Assembly (NCBI GenBank): GCA_046563655.1
Contig: CM102285.1
Location: 13,268,001-13,332,000, forward strand
Direction: 5' to 3'
Source: Yuukianura sp. NJ FZ-2021
Taxonomy: Eukaryota
Length of the DNA: 64,000 nt
Shown here piece by piece: positions 50,728 to 64,000 of the stretch. Numbering within the stretch: the first letter of the stretch is position 1; each line of letters starts with the position of its first letter. A program made the position numbers and the translations under genes. The notes under the pieces were generated by a model, which worked only from the letters and a program-made list of their open reading frames with translations, did not search any database and was not told where the DNA came from.

Positions 50728-53700
50728 CGCTCACCATTGTCTCCCGTGTTACAACTATAGTAAAGTTAAGTGTAGTTCATCTTCCACTGAACCAAAAGTC
50801 GCCAAAGACACACAGTTCTTGGTAAATATGATAATAAAGACGATCTTCTCTTCCAAAACTAGTCTGGCCAGTTTTTTAGGCTTCACCTTTACGTACTCTT
50901 TGGATCTTCTAGAATCAGACGCTGCACAGCCACCGCCCCAATGTCAACAATTAATTGCTCGTTTTGTAACTTTTTAACATTAATAAACTAACCTTTCAAC
51001 GGGTTAACATAGTTTGGCAAAAGACGGCGACTGTGACGTCCGCACTTGCGCGCGCACGAGTTTCACCTGTCTGTGACGCTGGATTCTCAAGAAACTGTTT
51101 TCCGTAATTTCTCTCCGTGGGGTGCTAATTAGCATTGCAATTACATTTGCAAACGTTATGTCGCCTTATGCAGTTCTGGATTCGACGGAACGCGTTCATT
51201 CAAAAAAGTGGCTACAAAAAATTCGCGTGGGAGAAGTCGCAAAAAAATGTGTTTGAACTATTGTTAGTACGCACTTTTGCACCGGTTTTCTGAGAAAACT
51301 CCTGACGCGAACTTTACATTTCTGAAAAAAGAGCGTGCCAATTTAAGATTCTTGCGTTATTAAAATATAGTTGACCTGCAGTTCTTAGAAAATTTGAAGA
51401 GACGCAAACCCTTTTTAAGCAGAATCTAAGTAGTTATAAGTAGGAAGATAAGAATTGACATCAATTTAGTTAACCTCTAACCGCTGATTTAATTTGCACA
51501 AAAAACTGCAAAGCCGCAAATCACTCAAGTTGAAGCTTCTGGGCACAAAAAACGGCAAGAAAGTGTGCTGATTCACTTGCTTGTTCATTCCATATTTACA
51601 TTCCCATTAGGTTTATACTGTTATGCGTTTTTTTAGCACGAACTTGTGACTATGAGTTTTTTTGACAACTTGAATCATTAAACACAGTTATTAGTTAGGT
51701 GTAAAAAATTGTAAAGATTTTGTTTACAATTGCAATTTCGTTCGGAAGTCGAAAAATTCTGACTCAATTTGATTACTAATGCGAAAAGCATCTTCTACGT
51801 ACTCTAGCTTAAGGAATTTTCTGTTAAGTTGAATTCCTACTTTATGTTCAGCCTGTCTGTTTTCAAACTAACTTACTTTATAATTCTAAACTCATTTTCA
51901 AAATTATGACGTTTTAGTGTCAGATTTTACTCTAGAGGTTGATTTTTACACAAATTGTTAAAGGTTGATTGTTGTTTTCGCTACTTGTGTAGCCGTTGTT
52001 TTTGTTTTCTAATGAATGTTGTTAGCAAAAACTGCAAAGTCTGGAGATGGGTGTTTGTTGCATGTTCAGCAGTAGTTGAGAAAGTTTGGAACGGAAAAGT
52101 TAATAATTTTAGGTTAATTACAGGTAAGTCTGAGCTTTAATTATGGATGAGAAACTAAGCAGTTGTTGTTCACTTTCTGAAAGTCTAAATAAAGCACGAG
52201 TTTTTCCAAAACAAAAATTAGATGATTCAGAGTCAGACTCTGAATTTATTTCAAAAATTCAGAAAAAAGCTGGCGAAAAATTAAGAAGGGAGAAAGTGAA
52301 AGTATGAAAAAAGCGTCTAAATCAAAATAATATGATCTTTTCTGTTTCTTTTCCTTAAGGAAAACTGAGAATTGTTGTTTTCGTTGTTGTATTCTTAGAA
52401 CAAGTAATTTTAGTTGTAAAGCCATGGTTTTTGCACTAACACTCCAACTTCCCCCATTGTACTTGGGTGCTTTCACTGTCATTTCTTCGAAATTTAATGA
52501 GCAATTTATTTCAGTTTCTTTTCTGTTTTCTCCTGAGACTTTGGTGATTGTTGGATTTTGGTTCTTGGTTTACTGTAGTTGTTTTCCCATTGTCTGCATT
52601 AAAACTTTCCTTTCCTCGTCATAATCATCAAAAGAAAACCTTAAGACATTGTTCCTTCTTAATTTATTGGGAGAAGGCTGTGTAGTTTGGGAGGCAGTAG
52701 AAAGTTCCTTTGTTACTTTTATGACTATTATCCCGTCTAATAACTTATGGACGAGGAATTTTAGCCATTAGGAACATCCCATTATCATTTTCATTTTTAA
52801 TGGAGAAAGCAATATGCCACAGTAGAAGAAAAAATTGGAACGCAAAAATAGAAGAAAGTCGTGTCGAACTAACACTACACGAGTCAACGCGATTTTATTT
52901 AGCAAAATCTTCCTTTACTTGCGCGTTGAGCTAAATAACTGTCGAGCTATTTGTTGTTGATCTAAAAGTTTCAATTCTTCTCGTTTTTAGAATTTTAAAA
53001 ACAAATAACATTTTGATTGTTGAATTTTTTGGTAAGCATCGTTCAAGGGTGAAAGTGAAAGTAGAATAACAATAGAATAATTTTTTTTTGATAATGCTGT
53101 ATTTTCTTCTTCTTTTTTGTTTGAAAAATGTCACTTGTAAAAAAATTTTAGTGCAATTTTTTTTTGAAAAGATGACACTGTAGAAAGTATGCTGGATGCT
53201 GCTGGAGAAAGCGTTTGCGGAAGATACTGGCCGGATGCTGGACAATGAAGAAGGTCTTTTCATTATGTTCCATCATTAAGTTAAGCTTTAGGAAATCAAC
53301 ACTGGTCCAGTAGTAACATTATAGTGCTCATTCCCTGTTTCCCATTACACTTAGTTGTTGATTTTCTGCACTTTCACCACTTTCTCTACACTCCCATCAT
53401 CTTCCAATTTTTGTAACGATTAGAGGTCCACACTCTTCCTTTATTTTTTACTTCTCTTCATTCCCTGCTGGTAATCAGCCTAATGTCCAGGAAAAAAATG
53501 AAGATTCTGGAATCTGGAATGCTGGACAGGAGGAGATAAGGAGTTGTAAGCCTAGGCATAGAAGATGAGACAGTTGGTTTATTGTAGATCATCAACCGAG
53601 GAGAAATGGGCACAGTTTGACTAAAACTTTGGTCCAGCATCCAGTACTATCCAGCATCCAGTACTTCTCTCTTTTCAGTGGGAAATTACTTTCCTTTCGT

Positions 53701-55394
53701 CCATTCTCTTTGAGTCATTGAATTCCAGACACTTGAGTACCGGAGAAACAAGACTCATTAACTACTTTCTTCTTCTCTGTCATCTCCTCAATCGCATCTC
53801 CAGATGCTGAGATGCTTCACTGTTCTAGACGATCTGTACTTCTTATAACTATAGGAGTCCAGAAATAACTTAAGGGAAGGAAGAGGAAGCGACGTGAAAG
53901 GAGAGAAACCTACAGTAATTAAACCTTACTTCGTCTGTTTACTCAGCTTCGGATCCAAATTAAGTCTTGCGGAAAATATACAAAACAACGGAATCATCCA
54001 GAACTTTCTCCAGAATCCAACGGACCATATTTCAAGTCCCTCGGGCTGTACAACCAATTATGTACTCTGCCAGAACCTAACAAATTTTCCTGCTTTCCAA
54101 AAATACGCAGAGGTCAAAGGTCAACGCCAAAGTTTTTCCACTGATCTCGGTTTTTCATTAAAAACAATGACTTAAAGATCAAAACTTTACTAATGTAAGT
54201 TTTAGCGAATTAAAATTTAAGTTATTGGCCATTCATAAGTTTGCGAAAAACGAAAATTAAGCTGTTGATAGAAATCATCCAGTTGTATGAACACATCGAC
54301 GTTTTGAGCTATGTTAATTGCGGGCTTTTAATTTTTGTTAAAAAACGAAATTGAAATTCGAAATTGGAGAACTAAAATTTTGAAATAGGGATTTCATTTC
54401 ATGATTTGAATTTGAGTTGATGGGGGCCCTTAAGACTCTGCTTGGTGACCTTGGGCCCTCAAATGACCATTTTTGAAATGTTTCTCTGCAGGGGAGTGTG
54501 GGTTGACCTTGCCTTTGACCTGAGCCCTTATTCTTTTAAATATCATGTCCTTATTAATGATCTCTCAGAGGTTCTTTTGCTTAGTTGGAGAATTAATCTT
54601 CGGCGTGTCACGACCGAAGGGCTGAGCCAGACTCAGGATCCTTCATCTGATAAGTCCCTCTTCTGCGAGAGACAGAGGATTTCTATTGTCATTGGGATCC
54701 AACATTCCAGAATAGAACATGAACAACATTTCAGTTTATTCCAATGAACCATTCAATACCTCCACAATTATTCCACCTTCCACGGCTTCAAATTCTCTTT
54801 TGTAATCACGGAGATCAATTGGAAATGTATTTTTAACTTGGCTCATTCCTTAAGTGCTGATGAAATTTAAAATTGAAATTTTCTAAACCAATAAATGTCT
54901 ACATATTCTACTTTCTAATTTATACTGAAAATTTATGATTCTAAACTTTTGTTAAAGCTTAATTAATTTAACTTGATTGGTTGGAATTTGAGGTTTAAAT
55001 TGAAATCGTATGTAATGATGTATGTATGTATGATGGTAGAGTCTATCTAGTGATATTAAATGTTGGTAAATAATTTTATAGTATAGAAATAAATTATAAT
55101 AATTAATTAATGTGTTTTCAAATTGAATTCAGAGAAAGCAGTCCATTTTCAGTAAAGTGACTTTCACTTTGGTGGGGCTGGGGCAAAGTGAGACTTTTGA
55201 ATTTCAAATTTCAGAATTCGCGGGAATGACGACGTCACAACGTTTGTCCGTTAGATTCTTTGTTTTTGTTGTCATTTTTCCAGGGCCAGCTGACTCATTG
55301 TTCTTTCAAAACAGGCCGAACTCAAAAACTCTCAATTAAACTAATTAGTAATTGAATTTTTAAGTTTAATTAACACTTCTACCAACAACTACTG

Positions 55395-56433
55395 TGAGTG
55401 AACAACGAATCGTCAACGTTTTCGTCACGACTCAAGAGGGAGAACCGGCCGGCGGAGGGGGAACCTTCGTGAAGGATTCTTCCGGAAGTAATCTTAGTGA
55501 CTTCGGGTAACTTGGATTTGGGGGTAAGGTGTTAGTTTTAGTTAATTAGTGTATAGTTTAGGTGTGGACTATTGATTAGGAGGTGTGAGTGGCTTAATTA
55601 AGATTCAGAGTGACGGGATTCGATATGGACGGCAGAGTGACTACGTACATTAAGTGCCCCTCTCACCGAGAGAGAGAGGCTCTCAGTATGGATCTTGAAA
55701 CGGGATTATTTGGATTTGGCTAATGTGTTAGTTAGTTAATTAGTGTAGTTTATGTGTGGACTGTTGATTAGTAGGTGTGACTGCCTTGATTAAGATCTGG
55801 AGTGTCTATGCAAATGAGTGACTGGAGCCGCCCCACCCGAGTCCTGCCTCCTTGCCTTCCACCAATGGTTGAATATCGTATTCAAATTCGGGATCTTCCC
55901 ATTGTGTTTGCACCCGTAGTAGGGTGGTGGTAAGCACTTGGCTTCTTTCTCTTAATTAAAACAGAGGCCCAGCCTTCTCTGACACCAGTGAAATGAGTAT
56001 GCCTGAGATCTCTGTTCTCTTTTCTGGTTTCAGTTGGTGGGACACACGGACTCGTTCCAGGAACTTCCAGGGAAAAGCATAGAGGAGATAATGAACACGT
56101 GGTTCATGCGCGTCCTATGTCTCCGATCTTCTCCCTCTCCGCTCCGTCCTGGTCTTAGCTAGGCATCCTCTCGATTTTCGTAATTAATATCCTCACTCTA
56201 ATTTAGTCCACCAACGGAACTCATCCTCGGCACACGCTCTACGCAACTCAAGACAACAACACTCCACAACAACGCTCCGGAAAGCAGCGTCGAGGTATCT
56301 GGAACAATTAGGAGCATTACGTTGTGTCCCGGTACTAAAGGTCACCAACCTACAACAATCAGCTACACGAAGACAACGGCGAGCCAACAGTGACAATTCG
56401 TGCGATATACGTTTGCCGACGTCGACGTTGTCA
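55395..56433. mobile_element. Unclassified ~1.04-kb insertion (solo LTR-like or degenerate TIR element)
   Basis: TG...CA ends; flanks TACTG/TACTA (4 of 5 match); loosely inverted termini sharing ACAACG, CGTC, AACGT and CACGA; richer in GC and CpG than the flanks; internal ~85-bp diverged direct repeat (about 55530-55613 and 55725-55806). Confidence 0.4.
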
Positions 56434-59400
56434 TACTATCAAATAACATGGTGATGGAGAACGAGTGACATTGTGAGTGACAGGTAATGTGCATTTTGTT
56501 GACGGATTAGGGTGAAAGTGACTGACTTTTGTTTTTTGCTTAGTGAAAGGAATGTGTTGAGTTTTGTTTGTGTCTGAAACACATCTTGGAAGAAGACAAG
56601 CAAAGCACTGTGAGTTCTCTCTGGAAATCAACTATCTCAGTGAAAGTGAAGTGACGATAGAAGCCTTAAACTTTCGTCACTACTACTATGTGTTTGGAAT
56701 CATGGGTAAAAGCCCCCGAGAAGGATTTTCTCCGAGTGAAATCTTAGTAAGAAGTAATTAAGACACTATTCTCTTCGGACCATTTCCAACGAACGGTCTC
56801 ACATTTCATCACTGGGATCTCCACTGCTTCATGGATTCTATCTTTCTCCAGTGCAACTAAAGTAAGTTCATTTTCTTCGTCATCAACAACTTTAGTAGTG
56901 TCCATATCCCAATCTAACTTGGTTCTTTTTCTGTGATTCATACAGTTAGTGCAAGCTCTTCCTGGTTTTGGTGGCTCCTGGTAGTGATTGCAAGTCTTTT
57001 TTTTTCTCCTTTCCCTTCTTTTTTCACCAAGTTCCTACTGATGAGAAATCGATTTGCTTCTGGGGGACTCTTAATAGAAAAACACAAAGTTGTAAAGTAG
57101 GACGTGAATTGCGTGTTCGGTGTCAGCAGAACCCAAAGTATAAAAAAAGACTAAAAGTTTGGAACATTAATTGCTGAGAGAAGCAGAGCCAACGGTAGCC
57201 AAAGCAAGTGGAAAGCAAAAGTGAAATTGAACAGTTTGAAGAAGAAACAAAAAACCGAAGAAGTTCATCGTCATAGTCTTTCAGCGCGTCGTCGTGTCCC
57301 GCTTTCTTCAACTTCGAAACACTGCTGCTGCTGCTGCTTTTTCGGTAAGTTTTCATTTTTTGTTTACTTTATTGGAATTTTCATCAGAGAAGGGAGACGG
57401 AGGGTTAGAAAAAATGGGAAAATGTTGTTATAACATATTCAACGTCTCCCTAACCTATCAGAGGCAGATATAAGGATATGTTGCGTTTGTATAATGCAAT
57501 AGTAGGGTTGTATTATCGTAAAATTCGGTGGTTTACAAAAAGCCCGGGTCACATCAAAGTGTGTCGTCGTGTGTTGATCGTTGTCATTCTTTTTCTCGCC
57601 CCTTCAACCGAAAACATCCATAATAGTCAAGTCAATGGAGCGTACGTTAAATTTTGAAGTTGAGCTTTGTTTAGGATTTGGGTTATCAATTCCGTTTAAA
57701 GTGTTTCGTTTTATTCCGGTCAAGGGTTAAGTCGACCCGGGTATTTTCAAAATTCGGATTCAAATGAGCTAGAACCACCGAGAGATGTCGGATTTTGCTA
57801 AATCTTAATGTCGAACGGAATTTTTTACGTTTTTTCCATAAGTATTTAAGCTTGTAAAATAGATTAAGTTAATTCAATGGCGGGTTAATTGGTCAAGTAA
57901 TAGTCAATTTTTGATGATGATTGCAGTTTAGTTGATGATTTTCATGAAGTTAGGCAACAATTAGTAGGCGATGAATGGTTGCAGAAGTGTTGCCAGTCGG
58001 AGGTCCAAAGTGAAATTGCGGAGGGCGGGAGAAAGTCTTTTCTTTAAAGTCGGGATGATGAGATGAGAGCGTCTTAAGGCTCGTGCGGGTTGATTTTGAG
58101 CGTAAGTAGTGCTGGAAGTGGTGGTGGGTCTCTGGGTCCTTGGTTCAAATGAGAGTTTCTGCAGAGGCAAGGGAAGTTAAAGCTGTGCAAAGGCAGGGAG
58201 AGAGGAAAAACAGAAGCGGGGACGACGCAATCGCAGTCATTATCCCCGAGAAAAGCCCCGCATTAATTAGGACCCACCGAGAAAGAAGTCTTCATGCAAA
58301 TGGGAGGTTGCGGGGAAAGTGTGCTTTGACTCTCCGCCCCACTGCCAGTCGATAGGCAACCGTCTAACTGACACCTCGCTTTTCATTAACAAAGTTCCTA
58401 AAACAATTACTACAAACTACGGCAATTGCACAACACTCTTGTTCCTTCTCTCGGTTCCTAAAACTAAATATTTGTTGGACTTCTGATCACTTTTTCATCT
58501 AAGATATTCTCAGGTACGTCCATTTTCAAATTCTGTTGAATTCGGAACAATATCAACTTTTAAGCCATAATTACTGCAACTTTTACTCAATATTTAGCAT
58601 CAGTGCAACATTTTAGTCGAAAATTTTGAAAGGTTTTGTCACGATTTGTAGAATATTTTCAAGTTCAGCACGAAAATTTGAGTGAGCGAGTAGTTTCGTG
58701 TGAGATGCTGCTGCGCTTTGACTCTTTCAAAAAACGCACAACTATTCTCTGGATTGCACGCAATCATACTATACTTTTTTTCGGTTAAAAGCATTTCACG
58801 TGAGTTTTCTGAACATTGAAAAGGGACTTGACTTCTGTCATGCCCTTTCGCTTTCTTGTGCAAAAAAGAGTGTTTTGGAGAAAAGTGTGCAAAAAGCAAA
58901 GGTCTTTGGGAGCAGTGAAACTGTTATTTTGCGACATTGCAACTATTGCAGTCTGCAGTAAGAGAGCCTATTTCACCCTGAGAGCTACTCTGAAACTGAA
59001 CTTGTGAGGTTTATGTTGGATACTGGTGCTGTAGAAAGTAGGATTTTCCTTTTGACCAATTTCTTTTGCTTTCACCACAGACGAACTTGGTCCTTGGAGA
59101 CTCACTCGCACAACTTCCTTCTTTTTTCGCACACACACGATGCACTTTGAGCAGTAGGTTTGGCAGGGTCAAGAAAAATCGGATTTTTCTCTTTTCAACA
59201 ACAGAGAGGGAAAATGTGCACTACCAAGGTTTTTGCTGGTTCTACTGAACTTGCACTTTCATTTGAAACATTTACTTCTCTTCCTGATGTTCCTACACTT
59301 TCGTTCAGTTCTTTCGGAAAGTGCAGCAAAAGAGGGTTACTGAAGCCGATAGACGGGAGTATTTTTTCGGAAACTACGGTTGTTGGTTCTGTTGTGTCAG

Positions 59401-60694
59401 TAGGAAGAAGGGGAAGAACGTGTCCAAAAATAAACTTGACATAGTTTATCCACCTCCACCATGGCCAAACTGAACTAAAGCGAGAAGGTTACAATAAGTT
59501 GAAAAGAATCAATGCGTTTTTCGCAATGTGCAAAATTGTTATCGGTCAAAATTCGAATCCACTTTTGTCCAGTCAAATTAGTTTTTGAGATACAGATTCC
59601 TTGTTACGTTTGGTCTAATTTCTGTAAAGTGTTGTTGAATTCAAAAATGTAGAGTTTCATTAATAATTTTTAGCTTCGCTTGGTTTTTGTGTACATTTGT
59701 AAGCTCCAAACCAATGCAAGAAGACTTTTCCGTGCACACATCTAAGTTTTTGAAATAGTGTATTTTAGGAGTTTTATTTTTTTGAGAATTAGTGACGGCA
59801 TATTAGCTAAGCTACGAGCTTGGATTTTAGATTTATATTTGTTGAAATTTTGGAAGAATGTAGTTTTTTTTTCAATTTTTGGGTCTTGAATTGTAATTAT
59901 TAAAAGTAAAAATTACGAAAAATCCTTCGTTCGTTTTAATCTCTTCGCCATCATCGCCACTTCAACTTTTTTTTCGTGAAAGAAAGGCCCGTGGCTTGAG
60001 TTTTAGCTTTCGAAGAGGTTTGGAGAAGTGGAGAGCCGAGAAAGGAAGAAAAAACGGGAAAATCTCGTTTTTCCATGCGAGTCTCCCATTTCCTTTTCTT
60101 TCTCTCAAGTCAAATGTAAAGCACTCAGCAGCGCGTCTCTCCCTGCGTTTTTTTCTTCTTCTACTGTACTTCTCTCGTGCTTTGGGTAATTAACCAGTGC
60201 TTTGTTCCCTACTTGGACTCATTTTTCTTAGGGTGAGGCACAAAAAAAGTTTCTATAGTTTCGCGGGCTTTTTTTAATATAACTCGTAGCTACTATAGAC
60301 AATCAAGGGGAAAATCTAAGCTTACAGGTTTCGTTTGTAGGGAAAAAATCCCGGGTTAGGTGGAATGGATATCCTCAGAAATATTCGGAAATAACATGAG
60401 CATACATCAGTTTTAATCACTCTCCCTCGGCCTTTCTCCCTCTAATCTACACTATGGAAAGAGAAAAAAGTCCCTATGGTTTTCTGCTGCAGTGGAAAAG
60501 CTTATGAACCCTAACCCTAGTTTTTTTTCTCTCCCGGGTATTTTTTTTTACCCGAAATAAGAACAGAAGGCACGGAGATCAATTAACAGAGACCAGGCGG
60601 AGAGGACGCTCTCAGTTGCATGCTTTGACCAAAAGGGAAAGCTAAATGAGTTTTTAGCTTTCCAACCACTTTGGACTTTGTCGAAAAACAAATA

Positions 60695-60796
60695 CAGCGT
60701 GTCCCAAAAAAATTTGTCCCTCGTAACAAAATTATCCAGTTTTTCTCTAGAGTGAAAGTTTTGGTTAGCTTATGTTAGGATTTTTGAAACACACTG
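60695..60796. mobile_element. 102-bp Tc1/mariner-type mini-MITE
   Basis: TA|CAGCGTGTCCCAAAAA ... TTTTTGAAACACACTG|TA. The TIRs match at 13 of 16 positions, the TSD is TA, and the ends are of the CAG.GTGT..CAAAA type seen in Tc1-derived MITEs. Confidence 0.55.
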
Positions 60797-63700
60797 TACA
60801 AATTGTACTAACCAAGGAAATTGTGATGCTCACTGTGCCTAATTTGGAAGTGGATAGTTGAAGTTAGGGAAATGGCGGGCGTTGTAGGGCGTCCAATGAA
60901 AATTAATTAAGAGGTCCATCTCTATTGTTTATTTGTTCATTCGCTGCTTTCGTTCCAGAAACTTGAGCTCCAAGTGAAAGTGTGGTTGTCCTTAATTGCT
61001 TTTATGCTTGTGGCTTCGTTTTAGTTTGGTTTGTGGCGCACTAGGAAAGTTGTGCTGGTTTCTGGGCTGGTGAAAGCGAGTAGTTTAAATAGCGTGATTT
61101 GGTTGGATTAGTCTCAGAGACGGCGGATTAGATAAGAAGTTGTAATTAAAGGGAAAGTGGAGGGGAGGAGAGTGCGGAAGGAGGCGGAGAGTTTTAGCAC
61201 TTTGGAGCCACTTTTAATTAGTGGGTAGGCTAATGGCTTTTGTTCAAATTTCAAAGTTTTTGACTAGGCGCAGAAAGGTGAGGAAAAAGTTATTAAGTGC
61301 GGGGTGAAATTTTGGTTTTGAGAGTCATGGGGAGAGAAAGCACACGCACTTTGAGTGTCCTTCTGCTGAGGTTCTCAATGTTGGATGCAGTATATGACAA
61401 AATCAATAGGAAGGAGTTGACAGGGTTTATGAAAGGGAAGAACATGTACGTTTCTAACACTGGAGAGAGGAGAGCTCTTTTGTCATTCCTCAAGAAATAG
61501 CGACGACATAGCTAGGTGACTTTCACTTGAGCCGGGAAACCCTTCTGCTTCCTTTTACTTAAACCTCCCGCCGCTGCCACATGTACACTTACACACACTA
61601 CACATGGGAGCGCTCTGGTGCACTTTATTGATTACTTTCTACGTTTTTTCTGTGCTTCCTGGGGTACTTTTGTGTTTTTTTCTTTTTGTTTTCACCTTTA
61701 CTTTCTCCGAAGCTTTATAACTTGATCCGTTTATTGTAAATTGTGCGTAGGATAACGTTCTTTTGAATTGAGTGGAAACTTGATCTCCGGAAATCGGTGA
61801 TCAAAATTTTAATTTTAATTAGTAACTTTTTAAACGAGTCCAAGTGCATGCAGATTTTTTTTTAGTGAAAACGGTTGTGTTTGGTTTGTCGGTTGAATTT
61901 TGCGGAGAAAGTTGCGGAACGAAATTGAAAAAAGAGTTGGTTGATTCTACATTTACATTTGAAATTTAGCGTTGAAATCCAAATTTGAAATTGGAAGCGA
62001 GTTGTACAGATTTTTTTTTCTGTGAGGCTGACCAGTTTGTGTTCAGTTTTCGGTTAGTTTGGTTTGAGTTTGGGGGAGAAAGTTGGAATTGTTGGGAGAA
62101 AAGAATCGATGGGTCTCCTGCTGTTGATTCTAATTCAGAGTGATTTGTGGGTAGAGACAATGAGAGGGGAATTTAATTTCTGATAACTTTGATTCTGCGT
62201 ATTGATTGTTCTATCGGTTGTACAGCCTGCTGTTCAAGTTAGGCTGGATCCACTTCCAGAAACCAATTGACTTTCACCATTCACTTTGTTTTTCAGTTCC
62301 ATTTACTATTCCTTTTGTACATAATCTGCCAGCGTGACATTGTCGAAACCCGAACATTTTGTTCTGTAAGTAACTTTTGGTATATTCCACTTTCTATTGT
62401 TTCGATTGTCTCCATTTTGGACTGTGAGAGTGACAGGGGTTATGATCCTAACGTTCTCTCCGTGGCAATGGGTCTGGAAATTAGTATCGATTTATTAATG
62501 GGCTCACAGAGGACTCGGGCCGTCCATTGTCTCTCCTGCCTCATTCGTTTGTACTATAACTCACGTCCCATGCCAGAAAGCAGCATTTGGCCCATAATAA
62601 ATTCTTCTAATAAAATAATATGGGAGGCAGCAGGAACTGCTATCCGTTTCCCATCTTTTAATAAGAAGACCACCACAAACAAGGGACTTTTACTTTGGTA
62701 GAGAAAACGATTAGATGAGTAAGCAAAGAAAACCTGGAGAAAGGAGGAGGTGGATTAAAGTGACTCTGAATCTTGGACTACTAGGTTCCCATAAATCCCA
62801 ATCTAAGTAAAGCCAGGCTTAATATTCTTAAGTGAAATCAAAATTAGTTCATAGAAAAGACGGCACATGGGCCAGAGATGGTCATGACCCGGGAAGAGTC
62901 TTAGCCTTGTCGTTGTGTGCCTGTATTTTGGCAGTCACCCAAATGAGAATCAATGGATCTCCATCTTACTTTTATTATTAGTTTTTCCCTAAAGCAAAGG
63001 AAACAGCAACTTTTCTTGTTTTTTTGTGGTAAAAGTTCGTATCAAAACTTCCGCCAATCAAAATCCGGAATCTGAGTCTGCATTTTTAATAAATAGAGGT
63101 TGGTTTGCAGACTGGTGCTTACTTTCTCCTGGTTTTTATTAATCATCAGCGCACGCGAAGAATATTAGTTGGATGGATTCTTTTTATGGGACTTGATTAC
63201 AAAAGAGGTTTCGTGTGGAGCAGAATGCTTTTTCTTGTGGTTTTGGTGTTGGAAGCCTCCACCCTAACATGGTTTTGGCCTATCTTAATTCCTTGGCGTG
63301 ATTATTACAGGGGACAGGTGAGGGGACATTACAAAGAGTCCTCATTATACCTCAATCTAAAATTTATAAAGGTGAGGCTTGGAATTAATGGGCTAATAAC
63401 TGAGGAGGTTTCAGCTTTTTCCTGGTCGTGGACAATAGCAAGGGAGAAAGTAGGCCGTTAATTATGAAAACTAAGTTCGTGTTTCCTTGATTGGCTACTT
63501 TGCTCATTTTTGCCAAATAGTAGTTTAAATTGGACTTAATTGATTATTTTTTGTGCCGGGAGAGAAAGTTCTGCGACGAACGACAAACGAAAAAGTTTCG
63601 AAGGACGATGGAATTTTTTAGTCCGTTGGAAAATTTAAAAAAATTAAACAAACTCGTCCAAACATGCCATAATTTTGAAGATTTTTAATGCATTTTGAAA

Positions 63701-64000
63701 CTCTTTATGAAAAAAAAAACTAAATGAATCAATGAACTAAAAAGCAATGTTTAGCGTAATAATTTGTGCAAAATTTTATTTTTTCTGGCGGTGTCATGAA
63801 TTTTCAACTGAAACAGAAGTGAGGTTGTTTTTCTCATCAGAACTCATTAGGTTGTGTTTTTTCATTTTCATTTTGTTGTCAGAAATTTTGAAAAGATGTT
63901 TGAACACACAAAAAAGTTTAGAAATTCTGTTTTTCGTGGTGAAAGTTTTGTGGTTGGCTGGAACTGCGGCAGCACATGTGCGGATGCTTAAGGACGTTGA

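Noticed and set aside
59195..59485. Minus-strand stop-free frame with Ser/Thr-rich peptide (PTDTTEPTTVVSEK...NESVGTSGREVNVSNES)
   Set aside because: No start codon, weak splice signals, no recognisable family and no partner exons.

Overview
AT-rich eukaryotic animal DNA with spliced genes and short introns (about 65-410 nt in the compact genes). The ATP synthase subunit c sequence is arthropod-like. I rebuilt five protein-coding loci by hand across splice junctions: (1) the 5' transmembrane exons of an adenylate cyclase (minus strand, runs off the left edge); (2) a complete 9-exon ANKZF1/Vms1 gene (minus, 738 aa) with a GC-AG intron; (3) mitochondrial ATP synthase subunit c (plus, 126 aa), head-to-head with ANKZF1; (4) a 7-exon flavin-containing monooxygenase (plus, 472 aa) directly behind it; (5) a small 3-exon secreted PDGF/VEGF-family cystine-knot protein (minus, 147 aa) that the ORF track almost entirely misses and that lacks one interchain cysteine. 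Mobile DNA: a TA-flanked MITE, a P/hAT-like non-autonomous element with a perfect 8-bp TSD, a young 5'-truncated LINE, a 102-bp Tc1-like mini-MITE and an unclassified ~1-kb TG...CA insertion. The long non-coding tracts are strongly enriched for the 8-mer GGAGAAAG. I found no rRNA, tRNA or CRISPR features. All coordinates were read by eye and no database searches were run.
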